Of a stretch of DNA of 64,000 nucleotides, positions 34,745 through 45,710 are shown piece by piece. Source of the DNA: a bacterium (GTDB lineage: Bacteria; Zhuqueibacterota; Zhuqueibacteria; Residuimicrobiales; Krinioviventaceae). The stretch is from NCBI GenBank assembly GCA_963675755.2, contig CAXXMD010000003.1, forward strand, positions 2,144,001-2,208,000, read 5' to 3'. The notes beneath the pieces were generated by a model. It worked only from the letters and a program-made list of their open reading frames with translations, did no database searches and was not told the origin of the DNA. Numbering within the stretch: position 1 is the first letter of the stretch; each line of letters starts with the position of its first letter. The position numbers were made by a program, and so were the translations under genes.

Positions 34745-36253
34745 ATGAAAGCATATGTGGGAGCGATTGATCAGGGAACCACAAGTAGTAGATTTATTAT
34801 TTTTGATCATCAGGGAAACATTGTTTCCGTAAGTCAAAAAGAGCATGAACAAATATACCCCAAACCCGGCTGGGTAGAACATAATGCCGCAGAGATTTGG
34901 GACAATACACGTGCTGTAATTACCGGAGCTTTATCTAAGGCCAATTTAAATGCCGATGATCTGGCAGCTATTGGTATTACCAATCAGCGTGAAACAACTT
35001 TGGTTTGGGACAAGGAAACCGGAAAACCTTTGTACAATGCTCTGGTATGGCAAGACACCCGTACAGACATTTTATGCAAAACACTTGAACAAAAAGCAGA
35101 TGGACAGGAAACTTTTCAAAAACATACCGGACTACCGGTATCAACTTATTTTTCCGGACCCAAGATCAAATGGTTGATCGATAATGTTGATGCGGTTAAG
35201 GAAGGTGTTGAAAAGGGCACAGCAATCTTTGGGAATATGGATACCTGGGTAGTGTGGAATCTGACCGGTGGTGCTAAAGGTGGTATGCACATTACAGATG
35301 TAACCAATGCCAGCCGTACATTGCTTATGAACATTGAAACCTTGGAATGGGATGCAGAGATGCTTTCTCTGCTTGAGGTGCCCGGGAATATGCTGCCCGA
35401 GATCCATTCTTCTTCAAAAGTATATGGAACAACAACCAAAGCAGGGTTTTTAGGCGCAGAGGTGCCCATAAGCGGTATTCTGGGTGATCAACAGGCCGCA
35501 CTGGTGGGTCAAACTGCTTTTAATGTAGGCGAAGCCAAAAATACCTATGGTACCGGTTGTTTTATGCTGCTCAATACCGGCGAAACTCCGGTGTTTAGCC
35601 AAAACGGACTGTTGACGACCGTAGGTTACCGTTTTGGTGATGCAAAACAGGTTTATGCCCTTGAAGGCTCTATTGCCATTACCGGCGCGCTTGTTCAGTG
35701 GATAAGAGACAATTTAGGTATGATCAAGTCTTCGGATGAGATAGAGTCGTTAGCGGCAACTGTTGAAGACAATGGCGGTGTTTATTTTGTACCCGCATTT
35801 TCTGGACTGTTTGCACCTTATTGGAAATCCGATGCCAGAGGTGTGATTGTTGGTCTGACACGCTATGTAAACAAGGGGCATATTGCACGCTCTGTATTAG
35901 AGTCTACCGCATTTCAGACCCGAGAGATTCTGGATGCTATGGTAAGAGATTCCGGTGTTGATCTGCAGACACTCAAGGTGGACGGCGGTATGGTTGTAAA
36001 CAAAATGCTGATGCAGTTCCAGGCAGATGTGTTGCAGGTACCGGTAGTTATGCCGCAGATAACAGAAACCACAGCTTTGGGAGCTGCTTATGCAGCGGGT
36101 CTGGCTGTAGGTTACTGGAAAGATCTGGATGACCTGCGTAAAAACTGGCAAGAAGGGCATACCTGGCAGCCAAATACAGGCTCCTCAGCTTATGATACGG
36201 GGTACAAGAAATGGTTAAAAGCTGTAGAGCGTACATTTAACTGGATTGATTGA
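34745..36253 (+). CDS. glpK: Glycerol kinase
   Basis: [41 protein letters not shown] and [11 protein letters not shown]. Confidence 0.97.
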   Translation: MKAYVGAIDQGTTSSRFIIFDHQGNIVSVSQKEHEQIYPKPGWVEHNAAEIWDNTRAVITGALSKANLNADDLAAIGITNQRETTLVWDKETGKPLYNALVWQDTRTDILCKTLEQKADGQETFQKHTGLPVSTYFSGPKIKWLIDNVDAVKEGVEKGTAIFGNMDTWVVWNLTGGAKGGMHITDVTNASRTLLMNIETLEWDAEMLSLLEVPGNMLPEIHSSSKVYGTTTKAGFLGAEVPISGILGDQQAALVGQTAFNVGEAKNTYGTGCFMLLNTGETPVFSQNGLLTTVGYRFGDAKQVYALEGSIAITGALVQWIRDNLGMIKSSDEIESLAATVEDNGGVYFVPAFSGLFAPYWKSDARGVIVGLTRYVNKGHIARSVLESTAFQTREILDAMVRDSGVDLQTLKVDGGMVVNKMLMQFQADVLQVPVVMPQITETTALGAAYAAGLAVGYWKDLDDLRKNWQEGHTWQPNTGSSAYDTGYKKWLKAVERTFNWID

Positions 36254-36459
36254 TAATTTTTGTGGGTAAGGGGACAGAGTAGGGAAGACGCGACCTCTCT
36301 TATTACGCAAACAAATACTTTTGTCTTTACATTATTATACATCAGGATTCTGTGAATTTGCTGCTGCAATGAAATAGAATCCTGTATTTATCTGTTAAAT
36401 TTTAAGAATTCAAACATGGGAATAATTCCATTCTCATATCAAAACAGGTTGATAAAAGC

Positions 36460-39400
36460 ATGGCAAAGAGATATTTAGAGCAAAGTATTGACTTTTTAGG
36501 GTTTCTGGGTGCAAAGTTGAGGGATTTGAAGGGGTATTCTACACTTGCAAATGAATTGCTGCAAAATGCAGATGATGCACCAGAAGTAACCCAAGTGTCG
36601 TTTGATATTAACGAGATGGCATTGTTTGTTGAAAATAATGGTTCTTTTCGTGATAAAGATTTTGACCGTTTGCGCCGGATTGCGGCGGGTCAAAAAAGTC
36701 TTGAATTAAATACAATTGGTACATTTGGTATTGGATTTTTGTCTGTTTATCAAATTACAGATAATCCTATTATCGTTTCTGCGGGTAAAAAATGGACTTT
36801 TTATCCTGAAGCCAATGAACAACAACGTATTATCGAGATCGAAACCAAGGATTATGGTAAAACCTATTTTGGCTTTCCATGGGCAAGAAATCCCAACAGC
36901 CAGGTCCGTACAAAATTAAAACTTGAGCATATTACTGAAAAAACCATTCAGGATTTTACTTATGAATTGATGACCATATTGCCAAGGAATATTTTATTCC
37001 TGCGTAAAATTGAAAATGTGGTTGTCAAAGAAAACGGCAAAGTTATTAAAGATATATCGCGCTTGCCGGTTAAAGACAATATTATGTCTTTTAATATTGA
37101 TGAAAAACGAACAGACTGGTTTGTAATCAAAACGCATTTTAACAAAGTTGCGCTAGAGTTACGTCGCAAATTCAGTTATCATATTGAAGATAAACGTGAA
37201 GCCGATGTACAGTTGGCAATTCCGCATGATTTTTTCAAATTTCAGGGCGAGTTTTACGCCTATCTGCCAACATCACACCAGACCAGTTTGCCATTTCATA
37301 TCAATGCAGACTTTTTCACGTCTACTGATAGAAAGCGTGTATTGTTTGAAAACGATTTTCAGGCGCAATGGAACCAGTCCGCTATTCTGGCGGCTTCATA
37401 CAGTCTGATGGATAATCTTGACAAGATTTCAGAGTTTTTAGGACCACGTGAGTTTTGGAGTTTTCTGGAACGTATTTATGAAGCCTATTTAAAGTCTGTT
37501 GATGGGTATAATGCACCTGTTATTAAAAAAGTTTGGGAAATTTTACAAACCAAGCTTGCGGCTGAAAAAATTGTTTATACCAGCAAGGGTGAGTGGGTAC
37601 ATGCAAAAGACGCCTTTTTGTTAAAAGATGAAAAAGAGTATGAATTACTGCCTATTTTTGAAAAAATGGGTCTGCATATAGTCCACTTTGATCTTTATGA
37701 AAAGTTTAAACTGCTGCGCAATGAATCTATAAATGTACCGGTTTTATCTATTTATGATCTTGCAAAAGCATTAAATGCAAATGGCTTTAACAAAAACCGC
37801 GAGTTGAAAGAAGCACCGGAATGGTTTCAATCTGATTTTGAACGTGATAAACTGGCCGAGGAAATTACCCGGCTGCTTGAGCGTATTGAACCGGAAGAAA
37901 AAGAACGCGCGTTGGATGCAATTCAATCTTGCCATATTGCAATATCTTATTTGAACAAGCTTAGCGCTCCCAAGAGTTTGTGGATTGCCAGTGACGATGA
38001 AGCAAGACTTTTTGGTGATCTGGACCTTGCCTTTGTGTTTACTTCGGATTCGAACCCTAAAGGGATAAAGTCGTTAATCAGCCAGTTTGATGTCTATGCC
38101 GCAATTGATGTGGTTAATCTGGGTGTACGTGATTTGTTTGACGCATCAGATGTAAACCATTTGGAAGCTTTTTGGAACAAGGAACCCAAATCCATTATCC
38201 ATCTTATTGATTGGTTTGATCAGCACAGAACCATTATTAAAAACGATCCGGTATTGATTGATCGTATCCGTAAATTAACCATCTGGCCATCCGGATTCAA
38301 GTTGTATTCGCTGGAACAGTTGTTTATACCTGGAAATTTTGAAGACCCGTTAAACCTGTCCATGATTATTGATAAATCTATTCTCAGTCATTACCGGGAC
38401 TTGCTGAATGATCTCAAGGTCAATGAACTGAATATTGTCAATTACACCAAGGATTTTGTTCCTGAGCTTTTCAAGAACAAGAAAAAATTGCCAAAAGCAA
38501 AAAGACAAGAGTTAGTACTGCTATTGTCTCGTTACCTGGGTGAAATCTGGGGAAATGAAGAAATCCGTTTGACCTACCGGGATTTGCCCATTGTAGAGTG
38601 TAATGACGGTGTGTTCAGAAAAGCAACTGAAGTGTATTTTCACGATAACGATTTACTTTCTATTCTGGGACAGAGTGGCAAGTTTGTAAAGCAGTCCATT
38701 GAAAAAAGAAAATCACTGCTTGAATTGTATCGTTGGCTTGATATTAATACCATACCCAAACCCAATGATATTAAAGAAAAGATAAAGGCTATTACAGAAG
38801 CTATCCCGGATTTTGAAAATCGAAATACCGCACAAGAGATTTTTGCCTACCTGGGTACGGTATGGAAACAGATTGATATGAAACAGCGGGAGAATTATGA
38901 TTTTCTGAAAACTGAAAAATGGCTGCCGGTTGAAGATGATTATGAAAACTGGTATTCACCTAAAGAAGTGTATACCCGTTTCAACTCGTACCTTTTCAAG
39001 AGTCAGGTGAAATTTCTGGATATTGAGAGGCAGAAATTGTTTGGCGCATTTATCAGGTTTTTGAATATACCTTCTAAACCGGAATGCGATATGGTTGTGT
39101 CTCATATCTTGCATTGTATTAAAAACAAGCAAGATATTAATCCTTTGATCTATAAATATTTAAACCGCTATTATCAACTTGCTTGCATTGATCGGTTAAA
39201 GAATAAACCTTTTATACATTTACCCGGTGAAGGTTTCTTTACGGCGGATAAAGTTTTTCTCGGTAAACATGCTTTTGGACATTTTAGAAAACAATTGGAT
39301 GCCAAATGGTATAATTATTCTGATCTGTTGAAAAAACTGGGTGTTAAAGAAGATCCGCAACCGCGTGACGCGCTTTTTGTTATTCAGGATATTCAGAATG

Positions 39401-40179
39401 AATATGCCAGGTCTGGAAGACCGGTTTCGGATGGTATTGTAAGTATTTTGGAATATTGTTATCGTTTTATTAATGCAATGCCCGTTGAAGAGATTAAAAA
39501 AGTTAAAGAAAATATGGTTGTTGCGAATCATAAAAATATTCTGGTTTCACCGGAAAAAGTATTTTTTAATGATCGTCCCAATATATCTGCCTATCTTGGA
39601 GAAGATATAAAAAATCAGTTTGTAACATTGAGTATAAATTCATTTCGGGCAAAGCGTGCCGTTGGAGTACGAATGCTTAGTGAAGCGCTTAGTTCACATG
39701 TTGTCAAGGTTGATAAGCAAAAACAGGATGCCGAACTGGTAGCCCGTATTCAAAATCGTAAAGATTTATTTACTCAGATTGCCAGTTCCATTACCATGAA
39801 TAGTGAAGAAATGGTAAATTTTGATTTTATTGATACGCTGAATGTTTATCAGGCAGACAGCTTGCAAGTTGAATTTTCACTATCAGTTAATGGTCACAAG
39901 CAACAGGCAAAACCGGACTCGGTCAATGCCTATTATGATGCGTCCAAGAACAGTTTGTATTATTGTTCAAAAAGTGGTATCCCCTGGGCTTCTATTGCGC
40001 GCGAGCTGGCATTTCATATTCTACCATTCAAGAATGTGGGATGGTTATCGCCTGTGCTCAAAGAAGTCCTCTCCAGTGAAAGTAAAACCCAGGCATATAA
40101 CGCGTTGAGTGAATTGGGTTTTGAAATCACGGAAACCTTTAAAGAAGAAAAAGAAGAACCTGCCTTTATTATGCAATAA
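36460..40179 (+). CDS. Sacsin/NO-VEIN-like GHKL (HSP90-type) ATPase, 1239 aa
   Basis: ELLQNADDA (N box), NNG, IGTFGIGFLSVY, LFLRKI and YLPT...LPFHINADFFTSTDRK. Confidence 0.85.
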   Translation: MAKRYLEQSIDFLGFLGAKLRDLKGYSTLANELLQNADDAPEVTQVSFDINEMALFVENNGSFRDKDFDRLRRIAAGQKSLELNTIGTFGIGFLSVYQITDNPIIVSAGKKWTFYPEANEQQRIIEIETKDYGKTYFGFPWARNPNSQVRTKLKLEHITEKTIQDFTYELMTILPRNILFLRKIENVVVKENGKVIKDISRLPVKDNIMSFNIDEKRTDWFVIKTHFNKVALELRRKFSYHIEDKREADVQLAIPHDFFKFQGEFYAYLPTSHQTSLPFHINADFFTSTDRKRVLFENDFQAQWNQSAILAASYSLMDNLDKISEFLGPREFWSFLERIYEAYLKSVDGYNAPVIKKVWEILQTKLAAEKIVYTSKGEWVHAKDAFLLKDEKEYELLPIFEKMGLHIVHFDLYEKFKLLRNESINVPVLSIYDLAKALNANGFNKNRELKEAPEWFQSDFERDKLAEEITRLLERIEPEEKERALDAIQSCHIAISYLNKLSAPKSLWIASDDEARLFGDLDLAFVFTSDSNPKGIKSLISQFDVYAAIDVVNLGVRDLFDASDVNHLEAFWNKEPKSIIHLIDWFDQHRTIIKNDPVLIDRIRKLTIWPSGFKLYSLEQLFIPGNFEDPLNLSMIIDKSILSHYRDLLNDLKVNELNIVNYTKDFVPELFKNKKKLPKAKRQELVLLLSRYLGEIWGNEEIRLTYRDLPIVECNDGVFRKATEVYFHDNDLLSILGQSGKFVKQSIEKRKSLLELYRWLDINTIPKPNDIKEKIKAITEAIPDFENRNTAQEIFAYLGTVWKQIDMKQRENYDFLKTEKWLPVEDDYENWYSPKEVYTRFNSYLFKSQVKFLDIERQKLFGAFIRFLNIPSKPECDMVVSHILHCIKNKQDINPLIYKYLNRYYQLACIDRLKNKPFIHLPGEGFFTADKVFLGKHAFGHFRKQLDAKWYNYSDLLKKLGVKEDPQPRDALFVIQDIQNEYARSGRPVSDGIVSILEYCYRFINAMPVEEIKKVKENMVVANHKNILVSPEKVFFNDRPNISAYLGEDIKNQFVTLSINSFRAKRAVGVRMLSEALSSHVVKVDKQKQDAELVARIQNRKDLFTQIASSITMNSEEMVNFDFIDTLNVYQADSLQVEFSLSVNGHKQQAKPDSVNAYYDASKNSLYYCSKSGIPWASIARELAFHILPFKNVGWLSPVLKEVLSSESKTQAYNALSELGFEITETFKEEKEEPAFIMQ

Positions 40180-40182
40180 TAC

Positions 40183-40239
40183 GACAGGCAGATATTCCAG
40201 AAAGCTGTTTGTGCATATCTCTGGAATATTTTGCCTGTC
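40183..40239. other. Long inverted repeat just after the sacsin-like gene (terminator or stability hairpin)
   Basis: GACAGGCA-GATATTCCAGA...TCTGGAATATT-T-TGCCTGTC; about 19-bp stem with no clear T tail. Confidence 0.6.
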
Positions 40240-40287
40240 AAATTCGTTCTACTCCCCTAAAGTAATAGAATAAAAGTTGGGAATCAG

Positions 40288-41019
40288 GTGAAAAGTCTGT
40301 TAATACGTTTGCAAACCGTTTCGTTACCGGTTATGGATAATTTTTTGAAACGACTTGTGGATTTAAGGGTAGAGGATGAAATTCCCGATCTACTATTAAT
40401 GTTCTCTTATGATTCCTGCCTATCTGTTGGATCAAAAGCATTTAATGACCAAGATTTATTAAAGCCCCTGGATTTTTTTCATGACCAGGGTATTTTTTTG
40501 CATAAAAGTGTGCGAGGTGGCGGCTTGACGTATTACTGGCCGGGACAACTCATCTGCTATCCCTTGCTCAAACTTGGACCGAATGAGCGGAACATTCCAC
40601 AATATATGTACAATCTTGAAGAAATTGGTCTATTAACGTTGAAAGATTTTGGCGTTACTGCCAGCCGTAAACGTGAGCAAACAGCACAGATTGGTTTGTG
40701 GACAGGTGATAGAAAAATTGCATCCACCGGTATTCGGGTATCCCGATGGGTAACCAGTTATGGAATGGCCTTGAATCTTGCCGGTGACAAAACCCCGGCT
40801 GATTTTATAAAACCCTGTGGTTTGGATGGGGTAAAATTGACTACAATAGAAGAGAATACAGGTGTTAGCCCTACTCATAATGAGGCAGCAGAGCGTTTTA
40901 TGAGCCATTTTGAGAATGTATATGGACGTAAGATTGTTAAATATGAACAGAATCTATTTTTTAATGAAAAGATAGATGAATTGTTAAATGAAAATGAACT
41001 ATTGACGGAGCTTGTGTGA
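40288..41019 (+). CDS. lipB: Lipoyl(octanoyl) transferase
   Basis: RGGGLTY..PGQL..YP, RKIAS.G and PCG motifs; directly upstream of a 2-oxoacid dehydrogenase operon. Confidence 0.85.
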   Translation: MKSLLIRLQTVSLPVMDNFLKRLVDLRVEDEIPDLLLMFSYDSCLSVGSKAFNDQDLLKPLDFFHDQGIFLHKSVRGGGLTYYWPGQLICYPLLKLGPNERNIPQYMYNLEEIGLLTLKDFGVTASRKREQTAQIGLWTGDRKIASTGIRVSRWVTSYGMALNLAGDKTPADFIKPCGLDGVKLTTIEENTGVSPTHNEAAERFMSHFENVYGRKIVKYEQNLFFNEKIDELLNENELLTELV

Positions 41020-42071
41020 AATCCGATCTAATGCAAATTTTGAATGAAAAAGGTCAATGCAGCAAGAAACCTGACTTGACCCTTGATCAGATAAAAGAAC
41101 TTTATCGTAGGATGGTACTTACCCGCACCTGGAACGATAAAGCCCTGAGCTTGCAGCGACAGGGGCGAATGGGAACCTTGGGTTCGGTAAAAGGTCAGGA
41201 AGCCTCGAATGTGGGTATGGCCTTTCCGTTACAAAAGGATGACTGGTTTGTACCGGCCTTTCGGGAGTTTGGAGCTTTGTTTGTGCGCGGTGTATCTCTT
41301 AAAGACCAGTTCAGGTACTGGAATGGAGATGAACGTGGAGGGCAAATGCCTGCCGGTTCCAACATTACACCAACGCAGGTGATCGTTGCCGGACAACTAC
41401 CGCATGCTGCGGGAATTGCATTTGCTAAAAAAATTAAAAAAGAACCGGGTATGGTCTTGTGTGCTCTGGGTGACGGTGCTACTTCGCAAGGAGATTTTCA
41501 TGAAAGTATGAATATGGCATCGTTATTTAATTTGCCTGTAGTCTTTGTTGTTCAAAACAATGGCTGGGCCATCTCTATGCCGGTTCATAAACAATCGGCA
41601 TCACCAACCTTGGCAGAACGGGCGGCATCATATAATATGCACGGTGCCAGGGTTGATGGTAATGATGTATTTGCTGTGTATGAAATCATAAAAAAATATG
41701 CTGACCGTGCAAGAAAAGAGCAGAAACCGGCATTAATAGAGCTTGTTACCTATCGCCTGAGTGATCATACTACGGCTGATGATGCCAGCCGGTATCGCGA
41801 TCCTAAAGAAGTTGCCATGTGGCAAAAACGTGATCCCATTGACCGGTTGAGAAAGTATCTGCAGGAAAGCGAAAAGTGGTCAGATGCGGATGAAAAGGCT
41901 ATGGTTGAACAAATCTCGCAAGAGGTTGAAGATGCTGTAACAGAATTTGAATCCGTTACACCCATGCAGCCTCAGGAAATGTTTGCAAATATGTATCATA
42001 CCCTGCCCTGGAATTTGGTTGAACAGCAAAAAGAGGTTATGGAACTGTATAATGGCGGGGAGGTGAAATAA
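41016..42071 (+). CDS. pdhA: 2-oxoacid (pyruvate or branched-chain) dehydrogenase E1 alpha
   Basis: LQRQGR, TPP motif GDGATSQGDFHE...QNN, and YRLSDHTTADD. Confidence 0.88.
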   Translation: MKSDLMQILNEKGQCSKKPDLTLDQIKELYRRMVLTRTWNDKALSLQRQGRMGTLGSVKGQEASNVGMAFPLQKDDWFVPAFREFGALFVRGVSLKDQFRYWNGDERGGQMPAGSNITPTQVIVAGQLPHAAGIAFAKKIKKEPGMVLCALGDGATSQGDFHESMNMASLFNLPVVFVVQNNGWAISMPVHKQSASPTLAERAASYNMHGARVDGNDVFAVYEIIKKYADRARKEQKPALIELVTYRLSDHTTADDASRYRDPKEVAMWQKRDPIDRLRKYLQESEKWSDADEKAMVEQISQEVEDAVTEFESVTPMQPQEMFANMYHTLPWNLVEQQKEVMELYNGGEVK

Positions 42072-43048
42072 TGGCTAGAAAAACGATGGTACAGGCCATT
42101 AATGAGGCCATTTCTTTGAAAATGCAGGATGACAGTACTGTTGTTGTGATGGGGGAAGATGTAGGTGTGGATGGTGGTGTCTTTCGTGCAACCGATGGTC
42201 TGTTTGAAGCCTTTGGTGCTGAAAGAGTGATCGATATGCCCCTTGCAGAATCTTCGATTATGGGATCAGCAATAGGTATGGCAATTAATGGATTAAAACC
42301 GCTGGTTGAAATTCAGTTTATGGGATTTTTATACCAGGGATTTGATCAATTACTAAACAATGCCGCAAGATGGAGACACCGCACACTGGGACAGGTGGGG
42401 CTACCCATGGTCGTAAGAATGCCATATGGTGCGGGTGTACGCGCTGTTGAGCATCATTCTGAAAGCACAGAGGCTATTATAGCACATGTTCCCGGTCTCA
42501 AAGTAATTGCACCATCGAATCCTGCGGATGCAAAAGGTTTGCTGATTTCTGCGATTGAAGATCCAGATCCGGTAGTATTTCTTGAACCAAAACGATTATA
42601 TAGAATTAAAAAAGAAGAAGTTCCTGAAGATTTGTACAGGATACCCATAGGAAAAGCCAATGTTGTAAATGATGGCACGGATATAACACTTGTTGCATGG
42701 GGTGGAATGGTGCCGGTTTGTCTGGATGCGGCAAAACATGCGGAAAATCAGGGTATTAGCACAGAGGTACTGGATTTACGTACCGTTTCTCCTTTTGATT
42801 TGGAAGCCATCATAAAATCAGTTGAAAAAACAGGTCGTCTTGTTATTGTGCATGAAGCTCCCAGATCTTTTGGTGTTGGCGCAGAAATAGCGGCTCTGGT
42901 TGGTGAAAGATGTTTGCTTCATTTGCTTGCCCCCATCAAGCGCGTAACAAGTTATGATATTGTACCACCGTTGTTGAAACTGGAAAATTACAACTATCCC
43001 AATGCTGAACGTGTGGTTAGAGCCATTCAACAAACTATGGAGTTTTAA
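42071..43048 (+). CDS. pdhB: 2-oxoacid dehydrogenase E1 beta
   Basis: GEDVGVDGGVFRAT, EIQF, EHHSES and FLEPKRLY. Confidence 0.9.
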   Translation: MARKTMVQAINEAISLKMQDDSTVVVMGEDVGVDGGVFRATDGLFEAFGAERVIDMPLAESSIMGSAIGMAINGLKPLVEIQFMGFLYQGFDQLLNNAARWRHRTLGQVGLPMVVRMPYGAGVRAVEHHSESTEAIIAHVPGLKVIAPSNPADAKGLLISAIEDPDPVVFLEPKRLYRIKKEEVPEDLYRIPIGKANVVNDGTDITLVAWGGMVPVCLDAAKHAENQGISTEVLDLRTVSPFDLEAIIKSVEKTGRLVIVHEAPRSFGVGAEIAALVGERCLLHLLAPIKRVTSYDIVPPLLKLENYNYPNAERVVRAIQQTMEF

Positions 43049-43050
43049 CC

Positions 43051-44289
43051 ATGAGATATGTGTTTCATTTGCCCGATGTTGGAGAAGGTATTCATGAGGC
43101 AGAGCTTGTAGAATATACGGTTCAGGTTGGAGACCAGGTTAAAGTTGATGCAGACGTTTTAAGCATTGAAACGGACAAGGCGGTTGTGTCTTTACCCAGT
43201 CCTGTTGTGGGTAAAGTGGTAGAACTGCCGTTTAATCCCGGTGATGTGATTACAGTTGGAGATCCCATTATTGTTTTCGACATTCAGGGAAAAGAACTGC
43301 CTGTTGAAAAAGAAGAAATTAAAGAAAATGTTCCTGAACCCGCAAAAAAGCCAGTCATTGCCCCACCTCAGGACCGCCGAGTGTTGGCAACACCCCATAC
43401 GCGACAGTATGCCAGAGAATTGGGTGTTGATATTGAATCGATGGTAGGTACGGGTAAATATGGGCGGGTAACCGATGAAGATGTGAAAAAGGCGGTTAAG
43501 CGAAAAAGTCAGGAAGCATCTCCCATTCCCAAGACTACCGATGTTATCAAAGATGGCCCTTTATACTCGGTGGATTTTGATAATTATGGCCCGACCCGCA
43601 GGTTACCGCTCAAAGGTGTGCGAAAACGTATTGCTGAAGCCATGGTAAGATCTTATTCCACTATACCGCATGTCAGTCAGGCGGATGAAGTGGATGTTAC
43701 GGAACTGCTGCTGGTTTTGAAAAAGCAAAAAGAGTTTATGGAAGAGCAAGGTGTTCGGGTCACCATGACGAGCTTTATTGCCAAGGCAGTGATATCAGCA
43801 TTGCAGGCATACCCCGAAGTGAATTGTTCTCTGGATGAGGAAAAGGGAGATATAGTCTATAAAGATTACTATCATCTCGGCATTGCGGCAGATACCGACC
43901 ATGGACTGATGGTACCGGTAATACGTGATGCAGACAAGATGAGTATTTTGCAAATTGCTGAAAAGATCCATGAACTGGCAAAAAAGGCCAGGGAACGCAG
44001 AATAGATCTTGAAGAGTTGCGCGGTGGTACGTTTACCATTACCAATATTGGTGCGTTAGGCGGAATTCATGCAACGCCTATTATTCAGCATCCCCAGGTT
44101 GCAATTCTGGGTGTTATGCAGGCACGTAAAAAGCCGGTAGTGATCAATGATGAGGTGGTAATACGGGCAATGATGCCCTTGGTGGTTTCTTTTGATCATC
44201 GTTTGCTGGATGGAGCGGTAATGGCCCGTTTTCTTAATCATATTATTGCACGATTGGGCGATCCCATGCGCATGCTGATAGAAGCCTGA
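43051..44289 (+). CDS. pdhC: Dihydrolipoamide acyltransferase E2
   Basis: Lipoyl site ETDKA, E3-binding domain and catalytic DHRLLDG. Confidence 0.9.
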   Translation: MRYVFHLPDVGEGIHEAELVEYTVQVGDQVKVDADVLSIETDKAVVSLPSPVVGKVVELPFNPGDVITVGDPIIVFDIQGKELPVEKEEIKENVPEPAKKPVIAPPQDRRVLATPHTRQYARELGVDIESMVGTGKYGRVTDEDVKKAVKRKSQEASPIPKTTDVIKDGPLYSVDFDNYGPTRRLPLKGVRKRIAEAMVRSYSTIPHVSQADEVDVTELLLVLKKQKEFMEEQGVRVTMTSFIAKAVISALQAYPEVNCSLDEEKGDIVYKDYYHLGIAADTDHGLMVPVIRDADKMSILQIAEKIHELAKKARERRIDLEELRGGTFTITNIGALGGIHATPIIQHPQVAILGVMQARKKPVVINDEVVIRAMMPLVVSFDHRLLDGAVMARFLNHIIARLGDPMRMLIEA

Positions 44290-44303
44290 CAGGAGGAATT
44301 GTA

Positions 44304-45710
44304 ATGGTTGTTGGAGATTTTACCCAGAATATTCAGACGGTTGTGATTGGTGCCGGACCCGGTGGGTATGTGGCTGCTATTAGAGCGGCTCAAACCGGCC
44401 AGGAAGTGGTTTTGATTGAAAAATTAAACATTGGTGGTGTATGTTTGAACTGGGGCTGTATTCCCTCCAAAGCCATGATAGAGGTTTCAGGATTAAAATA
44501 CGAGTTAAAGCATGCTGAAGAAATGGGTTTGCTGATTGGAGATGTGGCACTGGATATGAAAAAGCTGCATCACTGGAAAGATGGTATTGTTACCCGGTTG
44601 CGAAACGGAATTGGAACCCTGTTAGAGAAAAATGGTATAGAGCGTGTAGAAGGTACTGCCAAAATCGCTGATGATAAAACCATTATGGTGTCTTCAAAAT
44701 CGGGCTTGCAGCGTTTTGCGTTTGAAAATTTGATACTTGCGACCGGTTCCCGTCCGCGTGAATTATCAGGTATTCCTTTTGATGGCGAGTGGATCATTGA
44801 TTCGTCAGGAGCATTGGGTTTGGAAAATGTGCCTGATGAGCTGATCGTTGCCGGTGCCGGATCAGTAGGGCTTGAAATGGCGCTTATTTATTCCAAGCTG
44901 GGTTCGAATGTAACCATTGTAGAAGCGCAGGACGCATTATTACCAAATTATGAACCCGAGTTGATACGGGTTTTGAAAAAGTCATTAAAGGTTCATAATA
45001 TTAAACTCATGCTGGGTGCACAAATTGAATCCGTTAAAGAAGGGCAAGTTGTTGTTCAACAAAAGGGAACAGAAACGCTTAAAGCGGATAAGGTACTGGT
45101 AGCCATTGGACGTAAACCGAATAGTAATGATTTGGGACTTGAGCATCTTGGAATAGACTTGGATGAGCAGGGTTTTGTGCAAGTGAATTCGAAAATGCAG
45201 ACATCCAATGAGAATGTGTATGCAATTGGAGATCTTGTAAAGGGACCAATGCTGGCGCACCGGGCCTCACATATGGGTAAAGTTGCCGCTGAAGTGATTT
45301 CCGGAAAAAAGTCAGCGTTTGATAACCTTGCTATTCCCGGTGTTATTTTTACAGATCCTGAAATTGCCACTGTCGGTATGACTGAAGCTCAGGCTAAAGA
45401 ACAGGGTATTGATGTTAAAACCGGAGTGTTTCCGTTCAAAGCATTAGGACGTGCAATGACAATGGGTAACACGGAAGGTTTAACTAAAATAGTATCTGAT
45501 GCTGAAACCGGTACGGTGTTGGGTGTACATATAATTGGACCCCATGCGTCTGATTTGATTGCAGAGGGTGCTTTGGCTGTAGAATCCGCATTGCATGTAG
45601 AGGATCTTTCATTAACCATTCACGCGCATCCCACTTTGCCGGAAGGTTTGGGAGAGGCAGCTGAAGATATTGACCGCAAGGCTATTCATATTTTTTCCCC
45701 GGGAAAATAA
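44304..45710 (+). CDS. lpdA: Dihydrolipoyl dehydrogenase E3
   Basis: GAGPGGY, GGVCLNWGCIPSK and HAHPTLPE. Confidence 0.96.
   Translation: MVVGDFTQNIQTVVIGAGPGGYVAAIRAAQTGQEVVLIEKLNIGGVCLNWGCIPSKAMIEVSGLKYELKHAEEMGLLIGDVALDMKKLHHWKDGIVTRLRNGIGTLLEKNGIERVEGTAKIADDKTIMVSSKSGLQRFAFENLILATGSRPRELSGIPFDGEWIIDSSGALGLENVPDELIVAGAGSVGLEMALIYSKLGSNVTIVEAQDALLPNYEPELIRVLKKSLKVHNIKLMLGAQIESVKEGQVVVQQKGTETLKADKVLVAIGRKPNSNDLGLEHLGIDLDEQGFVQVNSKMQTSNENVYAIGDLVKGPMLAHRASHMGKVAAEVISGKKSAFDNLAIPGVIFTDPEIATVGMTEAQAKEQGIDVKTGVFPFKALGRAMTMGNTEGLTKIVSDAETGTVLGVHIIGPHASDLIAEGALAVESALHVEDLSLTIHAHPTLPEGLGEAAEDIDRKAIHIFSPGK

Noticed and set aside
36326-36341. TTTACA...TATACA as a fourth Pho box
   Set aside because: 10-bp rather than 11-bp spacing, only two half-sites, and AT-rich background.
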